The notes beneath the pieces were generated by a model. The model saw nothing but the letters and a program-made list of their open reading frames with translations. It was not told the origin of the DNA and did not search any database. A stretch of 64,000 bases of DNA, from positions 1-64,000 of the forward strand of contig JADIIX010000093.1 in assembly GCA_027604505.1 (NCBI GenBank), given 5' to 3'. The position numbers and the translations under genes are program-made. This stretch comes from Gonapodya sp. JEL0774 (taxonomy: Eukaryota). Of the stretch, positions 52,938 to 64,000 are shown in pieces (position 1 is the first letter of the stretch; each line of letters begins with the position of its first letter).

Positions 52938-53258
52938 TGACAAGGACAAGGTCAACTAAGTAGAAATTCTGGAGCAGATTGTCAATGTAGAGCTTCGAAA
53001 TTTGCTTATTTATCCAATGGGTCGATCAGCATTACAAGAGGGTCAGGGAGAGGTGATGAACAGCTTGGATTCCTTGCCGAATCGGGACAGCCTCCAAAGA
53101 CGACGCAAGCAACAATTCTGGGCTCAAATGAAGACGTGGGGGTTTTGCATGAGGTCGCTCGAAGCGAGAGGATTTGATTCTGTGTTCCTGTTCTGCGGTT
53201 GCCATGTGCAGTCACATGTGCGTTGAAGGCTACAGCTCGGCTCGTCTCCCTGCCCTCA

Positions 53259-54986
53259 ATGAACGCATCACGTGTCCGACAAAGCGCTTTTGTCGCTGTT
53301 TTTCTCGCCGTTCTTGCTCTCCCACGTGGACTCGCATCGCCGTTCCAGCGACCTCTCTTTGTCTATCCTTCCTCGGGGCGATTCAACATCTATGATTGTC
53401 CACCGTTACCCGAACGAACAACCCAGCCAAGATCCATCCACGACCTGCGCATAGATGACTTCAAGGTTGTGATGGCATTGGGAGACAGGTCAGAAGCCAC
53501 GCCGAGGGCTCAGAGCTGTAACGCGGTGATGACTTCTGATTGTGCATGAGATCAACGCAACTTACACGTGCTTTTCTCACTGTCACATGACCGAATATAG
53601 TATCACCGCTGCGTTTTCCGCGAAAGGCCCTCAGGAAAACGCTGTTGAGGATGTATACGAGAACCGGGGTTTGAGCTACGCGATGGGTGGTGACGGTGGC
53701 TACGTCACACTACCCAATTTGATAAGGCGGTACGTACAGGAAATGGCGAACTGAGCTAATACGATTTATTGAACCGAGCCATCTCCGTACACTTGGATCC
53801 CGCGCGCTGTAGATTTAATCCGAATGTTACCGGCTTCTCTTTGGGGAATCACGTCGTCGAACTTTGGTTGGTTTTCTTCGTGCAGGCTTGTTTCGCTTAT
53901 ATCATTCATCTTCTTGGCTACTTTTTCATCCAGCTCGGGTCTGTTGTGCCCTCCTTTCCAATACCGCCCGAAACTCGACCGCTTCAACGCTGCACAGTCG
54001 GGAGCAGTGGTCAGTAATCTGATGCACGAGCTTGCTGACTATCTAGTTCCAATGGTTCAAGCTGATAAGAATGTGAACTTGGAGGAGGATTGGAAGGTAC
54101 ATCGTGACTTTTTGTGTGGAATAATTGTGACAAACCGGTACTGAGTGAAGGACGAAAAACAATTTGGAACCGAACTCCGTCCCAGCTCCTCACTCTCTTC
54201 ATCATGTCAAACGATCTCTGTCTATCGTGCAACCCAACATCCCCCTTACCTCCGACCTGGCTCTCACCGGAGCTGTTCTCTGCTCACCTGGAGAGAACCC
54301 TCCTCTACACCCGCTCTATGCTACCCCGCACACTCGTCAACGTTCTTCTTGGCCTCAATGTCTCCGGCGTATATCCTTTAACAAAAGATGATCCGCACTG
54401 CTCGGCACTTCGACATGCAGGTGGTATTTTCGAGTGCACGTGCGCTTTCAGTCTCGGGGACACAGCGGCAGGAGACGCTCTCCGCTTGCAGATGGACACA
54501 CAAGCTCAGTTTTACAATAATGCTGTTATCAAGCTTAGAGAGACGTTCCTGCCTGGTGGAAGGAACTATGATCCCGCACATGAAGACTCGTTTGCACTCG
54601 TCGTGGAACCAGGCATGGCAGGTGTCAAGGTAGACTCCTGGCCCACTGACATGCTTAGTGGGGTTGACTGTTTTCATCCAAGTACGAGAGCACATGCTTG
54701 GATGGCGTCCATCCTATGGTGCGTAGCGACAGGCGTCTACACAGCAGATGTTTTGTGTCCGCAATGCAACCAGCATCTGAGTTAATTTTGGGTGTTTAGG
54801 AACAACCTCCACCTGCCCTTCGAAGACAAGATCCGACTTCCTAAACCGCCTATTGACATCAACCGGACTCGCGAGGTCTCCTTCGAAGGCCATTTGAGGT
54901 CTCAGGGCAGCGATTTACCGCCAGCTGGTATAAGTGAGGTGCCGCTTTGGTGTCCCTCTGCTGAGAGCAGGGTGGCGACTCGGTAG
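53259..54986 (+). CDS. Secreted SGNH/GDSL phospholipase B1-like lipase
   Basis: Signal peptide, PRSIHDLRIDDFKVVMALGD|SITAAF, ENRGLSYAMGGD, TLPN, FNAAQSGA, SNDLC and DCFHPS..AH. Confidence 0.88.
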
Positions 54987-55357
54987 AGAGCGTTTTGCGT
55001 CGTGTTCTCGTTCCAGAACGGGCACCGCCGCTGGACAGTGAAGTGTGCTTTGCAATTTACTAATTGAGTGATGCTGATGTACACCTTTGCATTTGCATTT
55101 TTGGAGGCTTGGCATGTAAATAGTTGCATGATAATCAACCAAACTGATCGTGAGTGGAGTGTCCATAGATATCCACACCCTTGGCATGTAAATAGGAAAT
55201 CCGTGAATGATCCGTAACAAGCGACTCACTCTACGCGAGGACATAGAGACAACTTGGACTCGAGTCTTGGTGGTCAATTGGAACGGCTCAAAATGGTGCA
55301 AGGGCATACGGACATAAGTTGCAGCAGCACCTTCTAAGTTTAGTCTAGTAAATCAAA

Positions 55358-57124
55358 ATGTCTTTCCTCACGGCCCCTGGAAAAACTTCTGGACTCAGTC
55401 CACGCGGACCACCGAGTCCTGTGCACGTCGAAGACGTTGGTGACGTTGAAGCGTCCTTCGTTTCTCGAGCCTTGGATGTTCCCCAGCCTCTTCCTGACGT
55501 GTGGCTCGTCAAAGTGCCTGAGTTCGTCCGCGACGCATGGATGAAAGCAGGCGCGCAGGGAGCTGAGGAGTTGGGGAAGCTGACCCTCCGGAAAATGTGA
55601 GTTCTTCTCCTCATCGAATTGTGATCTAGACAACAGCGAAGCAAATCTGCGGGAAGCGGGAGGGAGCGAAGAAGCGAGTCCACTCTTTGAGATATAATGT
55701 CTTGAATTACAAAAGAGACGGAGGGAGCTTTCCAAGGACTCTAGTTTATCTGCATTGCGGTCTTACTTTCTGTCTTCACATCCCCTGCGCATCGCCATAC
55801 ACTCACATACGCAGCGAAGGGAAACGAGAGCCTGACCTCTCTATTACACTTCCTGATGCGACTGTGGCCCCACTGACAGCCCATGAGTACAATGACCTTC
55901 CGAAGAGCTACAAGCTCAGATTAGCGACCAGGTACGACGGCGGGAGCTTTGTAAGGAAAGAAAACACGTATTTGTGGACGGAAGACGCGAATGGAGGTAA
56001 TAGCTTGTGTCTTCAAGCTCTAAGCCTGTGTCCTTCTCCCAAACCTTCAAATTGACTCCCGACCATGGGCTTTCTTCCAAGCACCTTACGCACTCGCCGG
56101 CAAAATTGTTTTTGAAGGCACAGTCACACCAGACCTGAATTCTAGAGACGCCCAAGCCTACGAAAACCTTCTCCGGCTCCGTACCGAAAAGGCTACGAAG
56201 CCTGTGCGAACCACCAAACAAGCGGACGAACGCATGACCATCAAGGCACAGTGGACCGGTGCAAGTAGAGATGTGAAAAAAACTGTATTTGGATCGAACA
56301 AGGTATGCCCCCAAGGTTGAAGTCTGGTCCTGCTGTACCCTCTTATGACCGGTCTGCAAATGCATTTTTATTGACATCCGTAGCTCAGAGACAAACGCCG
56401 TGCTCTCAACGATGCTGCTCGCCCTCGCGCTGAGCGGGGTACTTTCCTCGCAGCTCTCATTGCTCTGTTCCGGCAGCGGCCGACGTGGACTCTGGCGGAA
56501 CTGCAGTACCACACTGGCCAGAACGGAGCTTACACCAAAGAGATCATGACGGAAATTGGCGAGCCTCTCATTAGGGGAGACCTGAAGGGTCAATGGCAGC
56601 TTAAAGGTGGATATCAGGACGTCGCAAAAGCTGACGGCGAAGTCGATGGTGCAGAAGAGGAGGATATCATCATGGATCAAGTCGACCAGACGAGATCCTC
56701 CACACCCTCGAGCATAAAGCCCGTGGGTGTCACGTCTAATGTTCCATCTTCGGCGACCGCGCAACGTGGTAGTCCTATAAGTCAAAGCAGATCACAGACC
56801 GGCACACAACACATCCCTCCCCCTCCTACCAGAGGTGCTTCTTTCTCCGAATTGAAAGCCCTCGACCCTGCCGTGCTTGAGTTGATTGCCGCCCAGCTTC
56901 TTGGGCAACAAGGGGGCGGAGGGGGTGGCGGACCCTCGTCTCCGCCGGATGACACGGATGCCATCGAGCTGTCTGACGATGATGACGTAGGTGGTGTTTT
57001 GTCCAGCAGTGCGGGTGCCACGAGGATCAACCTTGATGATGACGATGTGGTGACCGGAGACGAGGATATGGACGATGACGGGGATGGGGATGGATTCGAG
57101 GAGTCAGAGTTTGGGTTCCTTTGA
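55358..57124 (+). CDS. TFG2: Transcription factor IIF beta subunit (RAP30/Tfg2)-like with acidic C-terminal extension
   Basis: VWLVKVPEFV..W, ELGKL, LPKSYKL and NTYLWTE, plus a winged helix LIALFRQRPTWTLAELQYHTGQNGAYTKEIMTEIG..GQWQLK..Y. Confidence 0.75.
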
Positions 57125-57714
57125 ACGGGTATAGTAGTACATATATTGATTGTAATGTAATTGTAGATTTGCAGTATTCGAGATTTCCCTGAGGTGCGGA
57201 TTCAATTCGAAATTCAATATGACTGTCGGCAGAATAACTTTACAATCCCGTATCGCGGCACCTGAACTGCTTGTAGTTAGCTCTGAGAAATGACCAGCCA
57301 CTCTGTGAGATGCTATGGTGTATGTCGAGGTTGTTCCAATTATTTTGCATTTGACGGATGCCACGGCGTCATGTACATAACTTCCGCAACATCTTATGGA
57401 AAGCCCACGTTAGGAGATTATTCGTAAAAATACTATGCGATTCGGGAGTATCTGCACCTGTCCTCAACATCTTTATCGCGTTGTGTAAGACCTCGCTGTT
57501 CCAGCATACACATTCGTCTCGACCACTCCAAATGACTTCCAAATACCGGGTGATTGCACGTTAGTGAAGAGATGTGTCAATTCCTGGTGCTGAAGATGAA
57601 ATAATATTGATAATCGTTGAACCTTAGTTACGACCCTCTAAAATCGAACAGACAGCGGAAATTTGTGAAATTCCAAAACAATGGCGGAAGACAGAGTCAT
57701 AGAGTTGTGGAGAC

Positions 57715-58428
57715 TCACAAGAGAATTTGTTTGAGCAACCCCAACTTTGAAGGTGGGCGGGCTAGGGCTTTCTCGCGCTTCTTGGCTTCACTTGCCGCGC
57801 GGATTTTGGCGAGAACCACTTCCCGTGGCTCACCGTGGAAAGTGCTAACGTTCTGGGGAAGGTGGTGGTGCTTGTAGACATCACGATCCTTGGAAACAAG
57901 AAAGGGCGCTGTTATAGTTTGGAAAGAACAAAATGGGTACGGTTTCCGGTGAGAACAACAAGCGCAATATCGAGCTCCGATTATCTTCGGACACACTGAC
58001 CATCTTTTGCTGACGTGGGATTCGTTCCGGTGCCATCGGCGGTCAACTTTATCCCTGTACTGTTTTTCCATACCAAACCCGGATTTCCAGCACTTCCAGC
58101 CGCTCCCGCAACAATTCCACCCATGCTCAAAATAGATGGGTCATTCGCGTGACCGGCGGCCGCATGGCTGCTTTGCCCTCCAGGTGCAGATGTAGCCGGT
58201 CCGCGAGTCTGATGCGTCTCCCCTTCTCCACCGTCGACAGCAGTTTCAGCTCCACCGAAAGCACCAGATCCACCACCAGCATCTCCGCCAGAGGGACCGT
58301 CGTCCATTTATTAGATTGGTTCTCAGAAGAAGCGACGAAGCTTTGAGCTGGGCGGGGTGTGGCGCAGTCACCTGTCCAGAGTTCCCGAAGCCCAATGTAT
58401 TCAAAAGATTGTTGCTTTGTGGTTGCAT
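57715..58428 (-). CDS. Hypothetical small multi-exon protein
   Basis: Overlapping ORF segments 58246-58428, 57981-58307 and 57715-58071 with plausible splice junctions. No family recognised. Confidence 0.4.
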
Positions 58429-58656
58429 TTGACACCTCTCCTAGTGCATATACCTATATGTGGTTTGTGTAAAACAACTGATCGCGAACAATTTGTGCAC
58501 TGAAAACTTATTTCGAAAGTGTACGCGAGTAGTACCCATGAGATTGTATCTTGCCCCAGCTAGTTTGTCCGCATTTTCAAGTGCTGACAACCGACATAAT
58601 AATAGTAGCTCGCGACAATCCAGAAACGTCAAGTGTCCGGTTCCCGTATTCTGCTT

Positions 58657-60550
58657 CTAGATCTTCTCCGACGGGATCCTCACCTCCACAAACTTCATCA
58701 CCGCCTCCTTCTTCGCTGGACCGTACCACTCTCCAATCAGTTTCAGCACGGCGCCTGCGACACCCATGGCCGAGCGCGATCCTAACCATTGTCCCTCGGT
58801 CGAGACGGCGTATCCGTCACGAGATGTCGCCAAAAATGACGCAACCATCTGCTCTGTCCCGGTTCCGGCGAACAATTGGCTCGCGATAGGTCCAGAAGTA
58901 AGGACTGTGGGACGGTTTGAGCATAGGTCTGCGATGGTCCCAGTCAGTAAGCTCTGTGCAGCAGCGGCTGATGATAACTGGGATGTGACGATCTCGGGAA
59001 TGAAGAGTAGGTCACGTGAAGTTGGTTTCACAGGACTGCCAGTCGTAGAACCCCATATCATCTCACTATGGCACTCGAAAACGGGACCAGTGGCAGTAGC
59101 GCAAAGATGCTGCGGTGTAGTTGTCGCTGCGGTAGGATTGGTCTGAGGGGGGCGTATCCGAACGAAATGAAAAGTGATGTCATCCGCAACTGGTGGAAAG
59201 GAAAAACACATATGGAGGGTGAGTTAAAAGCTCAGAACCCAGTCCATTCCCAATAATGAAAGACTCGCCTGGAGGAGCACCCAAGCATTCAACCCCGTGG
59301 CCGAGACTCAAGCAGTCAGTCATCCCTTCCGCAAGCACCACAAACACGGTTCGCTTTCGTGCAGATTGCGTGCGGATCTGTTTGACAACTGTCGAAGTGA
59401 TAAAAGGAGCGACCATGTGGAGGCCCGTGGAGAGCGCATAAGCGAGAACACGGTCTGGAGATCAAGAGTACAGTTAAGGCGTAGGGCAATGATATTGAAG
59501 AAAAATACCAAGATTTCAAAATCCTTACTTTGCCTCCCGTGCACCTCTGCGAACGGATCCTCCTCCGAACGGGCAGGCACGTAACCCACAACGCGAGCCG
59601 TTTCTGCGCACACTTCTTTACCCCACAGTTGCTCGACCGCCTCAAACGCCATATCGATTCCTGCTGACACTCCCGATGAGGTCAAAAATCTACCGTCGGC
59701 GACGTACCGGGCCTTGTGCATCCAGTTGGTTCGAGGACCGTAAGTAATGAGCATATCGTAGAACGCTTTGCTAGAGGAAGCGAAGTGAAGAAGGACATGA
59801 TATCATGTCAATGAATGATGGCAGCAATGTCCTCGAGCGAGTTGTGAGGGACATTGCGATGTCTCACTTTGTTGTAGCCCGTTTTCCATCCAAAAGCCCA
59901 GTCTTGGCAAGTATCGCCGCACCACTACAAACGGAAGTAACGAGCTGTAATAGAGAGGGAAGGTTTGAACTTACGAACAGAGAAATTCCTCGGATCTTCA
60001 AAGACTCTAGCCTTGGAGCTTGGATTGATCCTCCTGATGAAATCCAACATCGCCTTGTTTCCCGCTTCAACAACTGCAGAGAACCCCCCTCTGTAAAATA
60101 GAACCGACAGTAAATGCATCCGAAGCCTCTGGGCTCAGGCGAGAATCAATCTCACGGTATGACTAAAACATCCGCGCTCGAGATCTCCCCAAAAGTTTTA
60201 TCTGCGAGGATCGCTGGACCTTGAGGTGACTTGTAAATCTTCTTTTCATGACCAGCGAGGACGACAGAAGCAGGACGACCCTTATTCTGTGTCGCAATGG
60301 TGGAAGCGCGTTGCAGTACCGAAATGGGACCCAGGAGATCGCTAGTCCACGTCGAGGCCGCAAGGCAAAACTAGGATGACCGAGTCCACTACCAGAGTTG
60401 TCACTGACAACTCACTCCGTCTCCCAGCCTTCGCTAGAATTAGGATGTAACAGAAGGAGACGAAGGGCTTGAAAGACAGCGTTTGATGATCATTGATGAA
60501 ATCGGAGCTTACTAAAGCACGCCAACAACAACAAAATGCTGAGAATCCAT
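58657..60550 (-). CDS. DJ-1/PfpI (isocyanide hydratase InhA/ThiJ-like) protein with a second degenerate DJ-1-like domain
   Basis: Spliced N-terminus MDSQHFVVVGVL|YEGWET|DDLLGPISVL, then GG, VTSVCSGAAILAKTGLLDGKRATT, ARYVADGRFLTSSGVSAGIDM and EDPFA. Downstream exons repeat the fold pattern. Confidence 0.8.
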
Positions 60551-60899
60551 CAGTGCGGATGTTCTTGAGCCTCGCAGAGTCCACGAGCTTTTGTTTTACG
60601 TGGGGATAGGGGCGGCAATCGTCATTCGCTTGCGCTATAGAGTTCTTGATGCCGATAAATTAGCCGGAAGTCAGACATACAGAAAGTGAATTTCTCCCAA
60701 ATAATAATACACAAAATCAGGGACCTCAAATAAGTCAAGAAGCCAAAGAACAATCAATTACGAAAAGTGCCCAAGTTCCCTGTCAAGCGCGGCACGACAG
60801 CACGAACGCATACCGGCAATGCGCCCAACTTCGGTAACGCTAGCAGCTTCTTCCATGAACCAACCTCTCTCGTATGGATAGTGAGATCATGTTTACGAA

Positions 60900-61469
60900 T
60901 CAGACGTCTATCGCTGCGATTTTTGGCTTGTTGACCAATTCAGCTGGCTTGGCGTCTTCGAACGGCTTAGTTTCCTCGACGATCTCAATGGCATTAATTT
61001 TCAGCTTTGCTTCTTCGGGAGGCGTAGACGTTTCGGCGGCAACCGGGACCTCGGCAGTGGAGCTCGGCTCCGCTGCTGGTGAAGCAGTCTCGACGATGGG
61101 CGGTGTGACACCATCCGTAGCTGGTGTGTCATTTGCAGCAACTGGGATATCCATAGCGACTGTTGCTGGGGCAGCAATCACAGTGGATGTGGGAATTGCT
61201 TTTGGCGGGGACGCATCTGCGGTTTCGCCACACAAACCGAAGCAGGAACCCAGAAAGGAAGTGGGACGCGGTGCTGATGTGGTTGGAGTGTCCGCTTCAG
61301 CCGCGACAGTTACTTTGGGCGTTTCCGTTGCACCCGTGATAGTTGGCGTGCTGGTGCTGCTGGGTACCAGCTCCTTTATGACAGCAGCGTCCCCCTCTGC
61401 AACCTTGCTCAGATCGGCGACTGGCGAGGCTGGAAAAGAGTGGTGTGCCGGTTGAGTCAGACGAATCAT
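60900..61469 (-). CDS. Ala/Pro/Thr-rich low-complexity hypothetical protein; boundaries uncertain
   Basis: 189-codon ORF containing SFLGSCFGLCG. Confidence 0.4.
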   Translation of the reverse strand: MIRLTQPAHHSFPASPVADLSKVAEGDAAVIKELVPSSTSTPTITGATETPKVTVAAEADTPTTSAPRPTSFLGSCFGLCGETADASPPKAIPTSTVIAAPATVAMDIPVAANDTPATDGVTPPIVETASPAAEPSSTAEVPVAAETSTPPEEAKLKINAIEIVEETKPFEDAKPAELVNKPKIAAIDV

Positions 61470-62097
61470 ACGGACATATGTCCTTGAGTCTCATGCAAAT
61501 CCGGCCGTCTCAGGCGACTCACTTTCTACCTGGGGCTCTTCGGGAACGGTAACAGTCTCGGGTTGAGTAGTCATATCGAACAATTAGAGGATATGATGTG
61601 GGCTAATATGTGGTGAATGTTAAAAATCGTGGCTGACAGATCGGTCACCGTGTGGCTTCGGTTGGTCGCCCTGGTAACCAGATTGCCATTCATGAAAATC
61701 CATCTTCTCCCCCAAAAGATGTGCCAGCCTTCTGTTACAAAAATTGATAATACCAGGTGATACATATGTGACGATACAATACTGCGGAAATAAATTTCAT
61801 TGCGGAGTAGTTTCAAAATAGCCTAGACGAGAATGCCGTAAGGAATAAACGATGCGAATAAAGGTGCGAATAAAGACCTGAATACAGTGAAACAAGTTGC
61901 TCCTCTGTTTCCGTTGTTTCGGAGTCGGATCAGGGAACGAAAAGTATTCTAAACCTCAACGGTTTATTCTACATATAATTGATATTTCCACCTTGAGGGA
62001 TAACCAAATGAGAGATTGTATCAGTACTGACCAATTCTAGAGAGCTACCGGATCTATCACTGCATAACAAGGTTCCGTCCGAACGTCCCGACCCAAG

Positions 62098-62898
62098 TTA
62101 TAGCTTGCTGGCGCTGTTCTTCAACTTCTCTCCATCATGAACTTCTTCGAATCCCACAAATGTAGTACACTCATCAACTGATTTCCGCTTTGACACAACA
62201 GCGTTTGCTGGGAATCGCTCATCAGGCCATCCCATCGCGACACAAATCATGACCACCTGGTCATCAGGAATTTTGGCAAACTCTCGCACCACAGGTGTCT
62301 GCATGATTCCTTGTGAGTTGATAACACATCCGAGTCCTCGCGACCAGGCAGCGTTGACAAGTGCATTGACAATCGCACCGCAATCGAATGGCCCAATATC
62401 ACCACCAAGGATGGACCGATCGTACGTCACCACGATCTGTATCGCAACCATGTGAAATGAGGAGAAAGTGTTTGGCACGGGTCGAGAACACAAGTAGACA
62501 TTACTTACCGAAACTGGGGCGTCAAACTGTCGAAAACCTCTGAGCACCCAGTCCAACCTCTTTTTGCTATCATTTCTGGGGATATCCATAGCGGCAAATA
62601 GCTGCTTCGCTATTTCGATCTGACGTTCCCGGTGTACGCCTGTGTACTCCCCGTGAGATCGCGGTTCGCGACTTGCGGGAACACCAGCGAGGTTTCTCCT
62701 GGTGTTCTCGGCACGGATCGCATCAAGAGGCGCTCCCGATACAACGAAAAAGTTGCAAGGCTGGGTATTGAGCGAAGAAGGCGCCCGGAGGGCAAGTGCG
62801 ATAACATCACGAATCACTTCGCGAGGAACGGGTTTGGGAAGGAAACCGCGAATCGATCTGCGGCCGAGGACCACCTCATCGTATGGAATCGAAGACAT
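62098..62898 (-). CDS. FMN-dependent nitroreductase-family protein, bacterial-like; one 72-nt intron (62437-62508)
   Basis: RRSIRGF..PVP, RAPSSLNTQP, GFRQFDAPV, FDCGA and AAWSRGLG.VINSQG. The GTAAGT...CAG intron is in frame. Confidence 0.92.
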   Translation of the reverse strand: MSSIPYDEVVLGRRSIRGFLPKPVPREVIRDVIALALRAPSSLNTQPCNFFVVSGAPLDAIRAENTRRNLAGVPASREPRSHGEYTGVHRERQIEIAKQLFAAMDIPRNDSKKRLDWVLRGFRQFDAPVSVSNVYLCSRPVPNTFSSFHMVAIQIVVTYDRSILGGDIGPFDCGAIVNALVNAAWSRGLGCVINSQGIMQTPVVREFAKIPDDQVVMICVAMGWPDERFPANAVVSKRKSVDECTTFVGFEEVHDGEKLKNSASKL

Positions 62899-63199
62899 GG
62901 TAACGCAGGTTGTGAGCGCGGGCGAAGATAAGATGGAGAATACTGCAAAGTATTGGGATTGTCAGGTATTCCGAACCGTTTCGCTTTCCGGAAACGTTGG
63001 ATCGGGTTCTCAATCCCGCCTTCATCTCACCTTCGAGTTTGAAATGCTAGACGGAATATGGTCAACCACTCAAAGGTTAAAAGCTCTTCAGGATCGGCGA
63101 TTCCCGAGATATTATAAGATGGTCAACAATTGCAACATTCAACAGTACGTGCCGATGATGCCGAACACCATCACACCATCATGTTTAGAACATTTAATG

Positions 63200-64000
63200 T
63201 TATCGTAGACATGATTTCGACAATTACATGAGAAATTTCAAGGTACTCCATAACCATGTCCGATACAACACCATCCCGATGTCGTCCCTTGCCCCGAACG
63301 AGCATCCAAAGCTCTTGTCCCCACCTTTCCGATAAGCGTTTACCCGTGCAGTACACCGATCCATTGTGTTCCAATTACTCGCCATTGGGATCAATCCAGT
63401 TTACTTATGAATTCACCGGGGTCCCTCCACCGCCCCCTTCAGTTTCCGATAGGCCTCATCACTGATTTCACCTTTCGCTAACATGTCGTCCAAAACCACG
63501 TCAGGCAAACCTAGAAGGAAAATACCAAGCCAATTTAGCGTTACTTGTATCGCATTACAGAGCAGGTAGAACGTCCATACAAATGACGTAAGCGCAAAAT
63601 ACTTACTCAACGGCGCACCATTTCCACCTCCCGCTCTCCATCCGGTTCCTGTACTGGTGGAACTAACCGCCCGCGAGTCCAGAACTCTCGTCCCTGCCAG
63701 AGCAGACTTAGTCAAGCTCACACTCCTGGCGCCGATCATGGAAGATGAGAGCATTGGAGAATAGCCGGGCCGGGAGCTAGGCGGGCCAGCGACGTTGTAA
63801 ATCGTGGATGGGCCGGTGAGCCCGCTGGAAGGCGGTGGCCGGTTGCCATATTGCCCAACAGGGCCGTTGGGTGCAGTGGATGGTTGGAGGATGACGAAGG
63901 GGAGGTTACCGAGTTGGAGGGTAGTCAGGTTCGTCGCTAACATTTGTGGAATTCCTCATGGTTAAAATACTGGCGCAATCTAGCAGAAAGAAAACTTACC
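63200..64000 (-). CDS. 3' part of an unidentified multi-exon gene; starts beyond the window and its end is uncertain
   Basis: ORF 63413-63943 with GTGAG/GTAAG donors. Pro/Gly/Ser-rich segment followed by a hydrophobic segment. Confidence 0.45.

Noticed and set aside
58766..59146. 126-aa + strand ORF
   Set aside because: It is the antisense shadow of the DJ-1 gene's last exon.

Overview
This is gene-dense, intron-rich eukaryotic DNA with canonical GT-AG introns, many micro-exons and a 10-N scaffold gap at 464-473. A ciliary gene (CFAP91) occurs together with fungal-type Yvc1 and Ckb1 genes and an AMT1/MTA1-type 6mA methyltransferase, which points to a flagellated, early-diverging (zoosporic/chytrid-grade) fungus; that assignment is inference. 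About 25 protein-coding genes could be reconstructed by hand. In order they include CFAP91 (3' part), a TRP/Yvc1 channel, a RING-CH ligase, ZNF277, a MOV10/SDE3 helicase, CK2 beta, a bZIP factor, a prolyl-3-hydroxylase-like dioxygenase, RPT2, TUG/Ubx4, an FlK-like thioesterase, two tandem ALDHs, an S1A protease, a 2H phosphoesterase, SUGCT, AMT1, PLB1, TFIIF beta, a two-domain DJ-1/PfpI protein and a bacterial-like nitroreductase. The most notable observations are: (1) an AMT1 whose catalytic motif reads DPAW instead of DPPW; (2) a structured, mini-hairpin-rich repeat element abutting an intron donor; (3) GC islands whose introns are G-rich at the 5' end and C-rich at the 3' end; (4) intron-bearing bacterial-type enzymes (FlK, nitroreductase); (5) differential intron content between the ALDH paralogues. 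No tRNA, rRNA, CRISPR array or transposase gene was recognised. Gene coordinates span introns and come from manual splicing. Family calls are from remembered motifs, not database searches.
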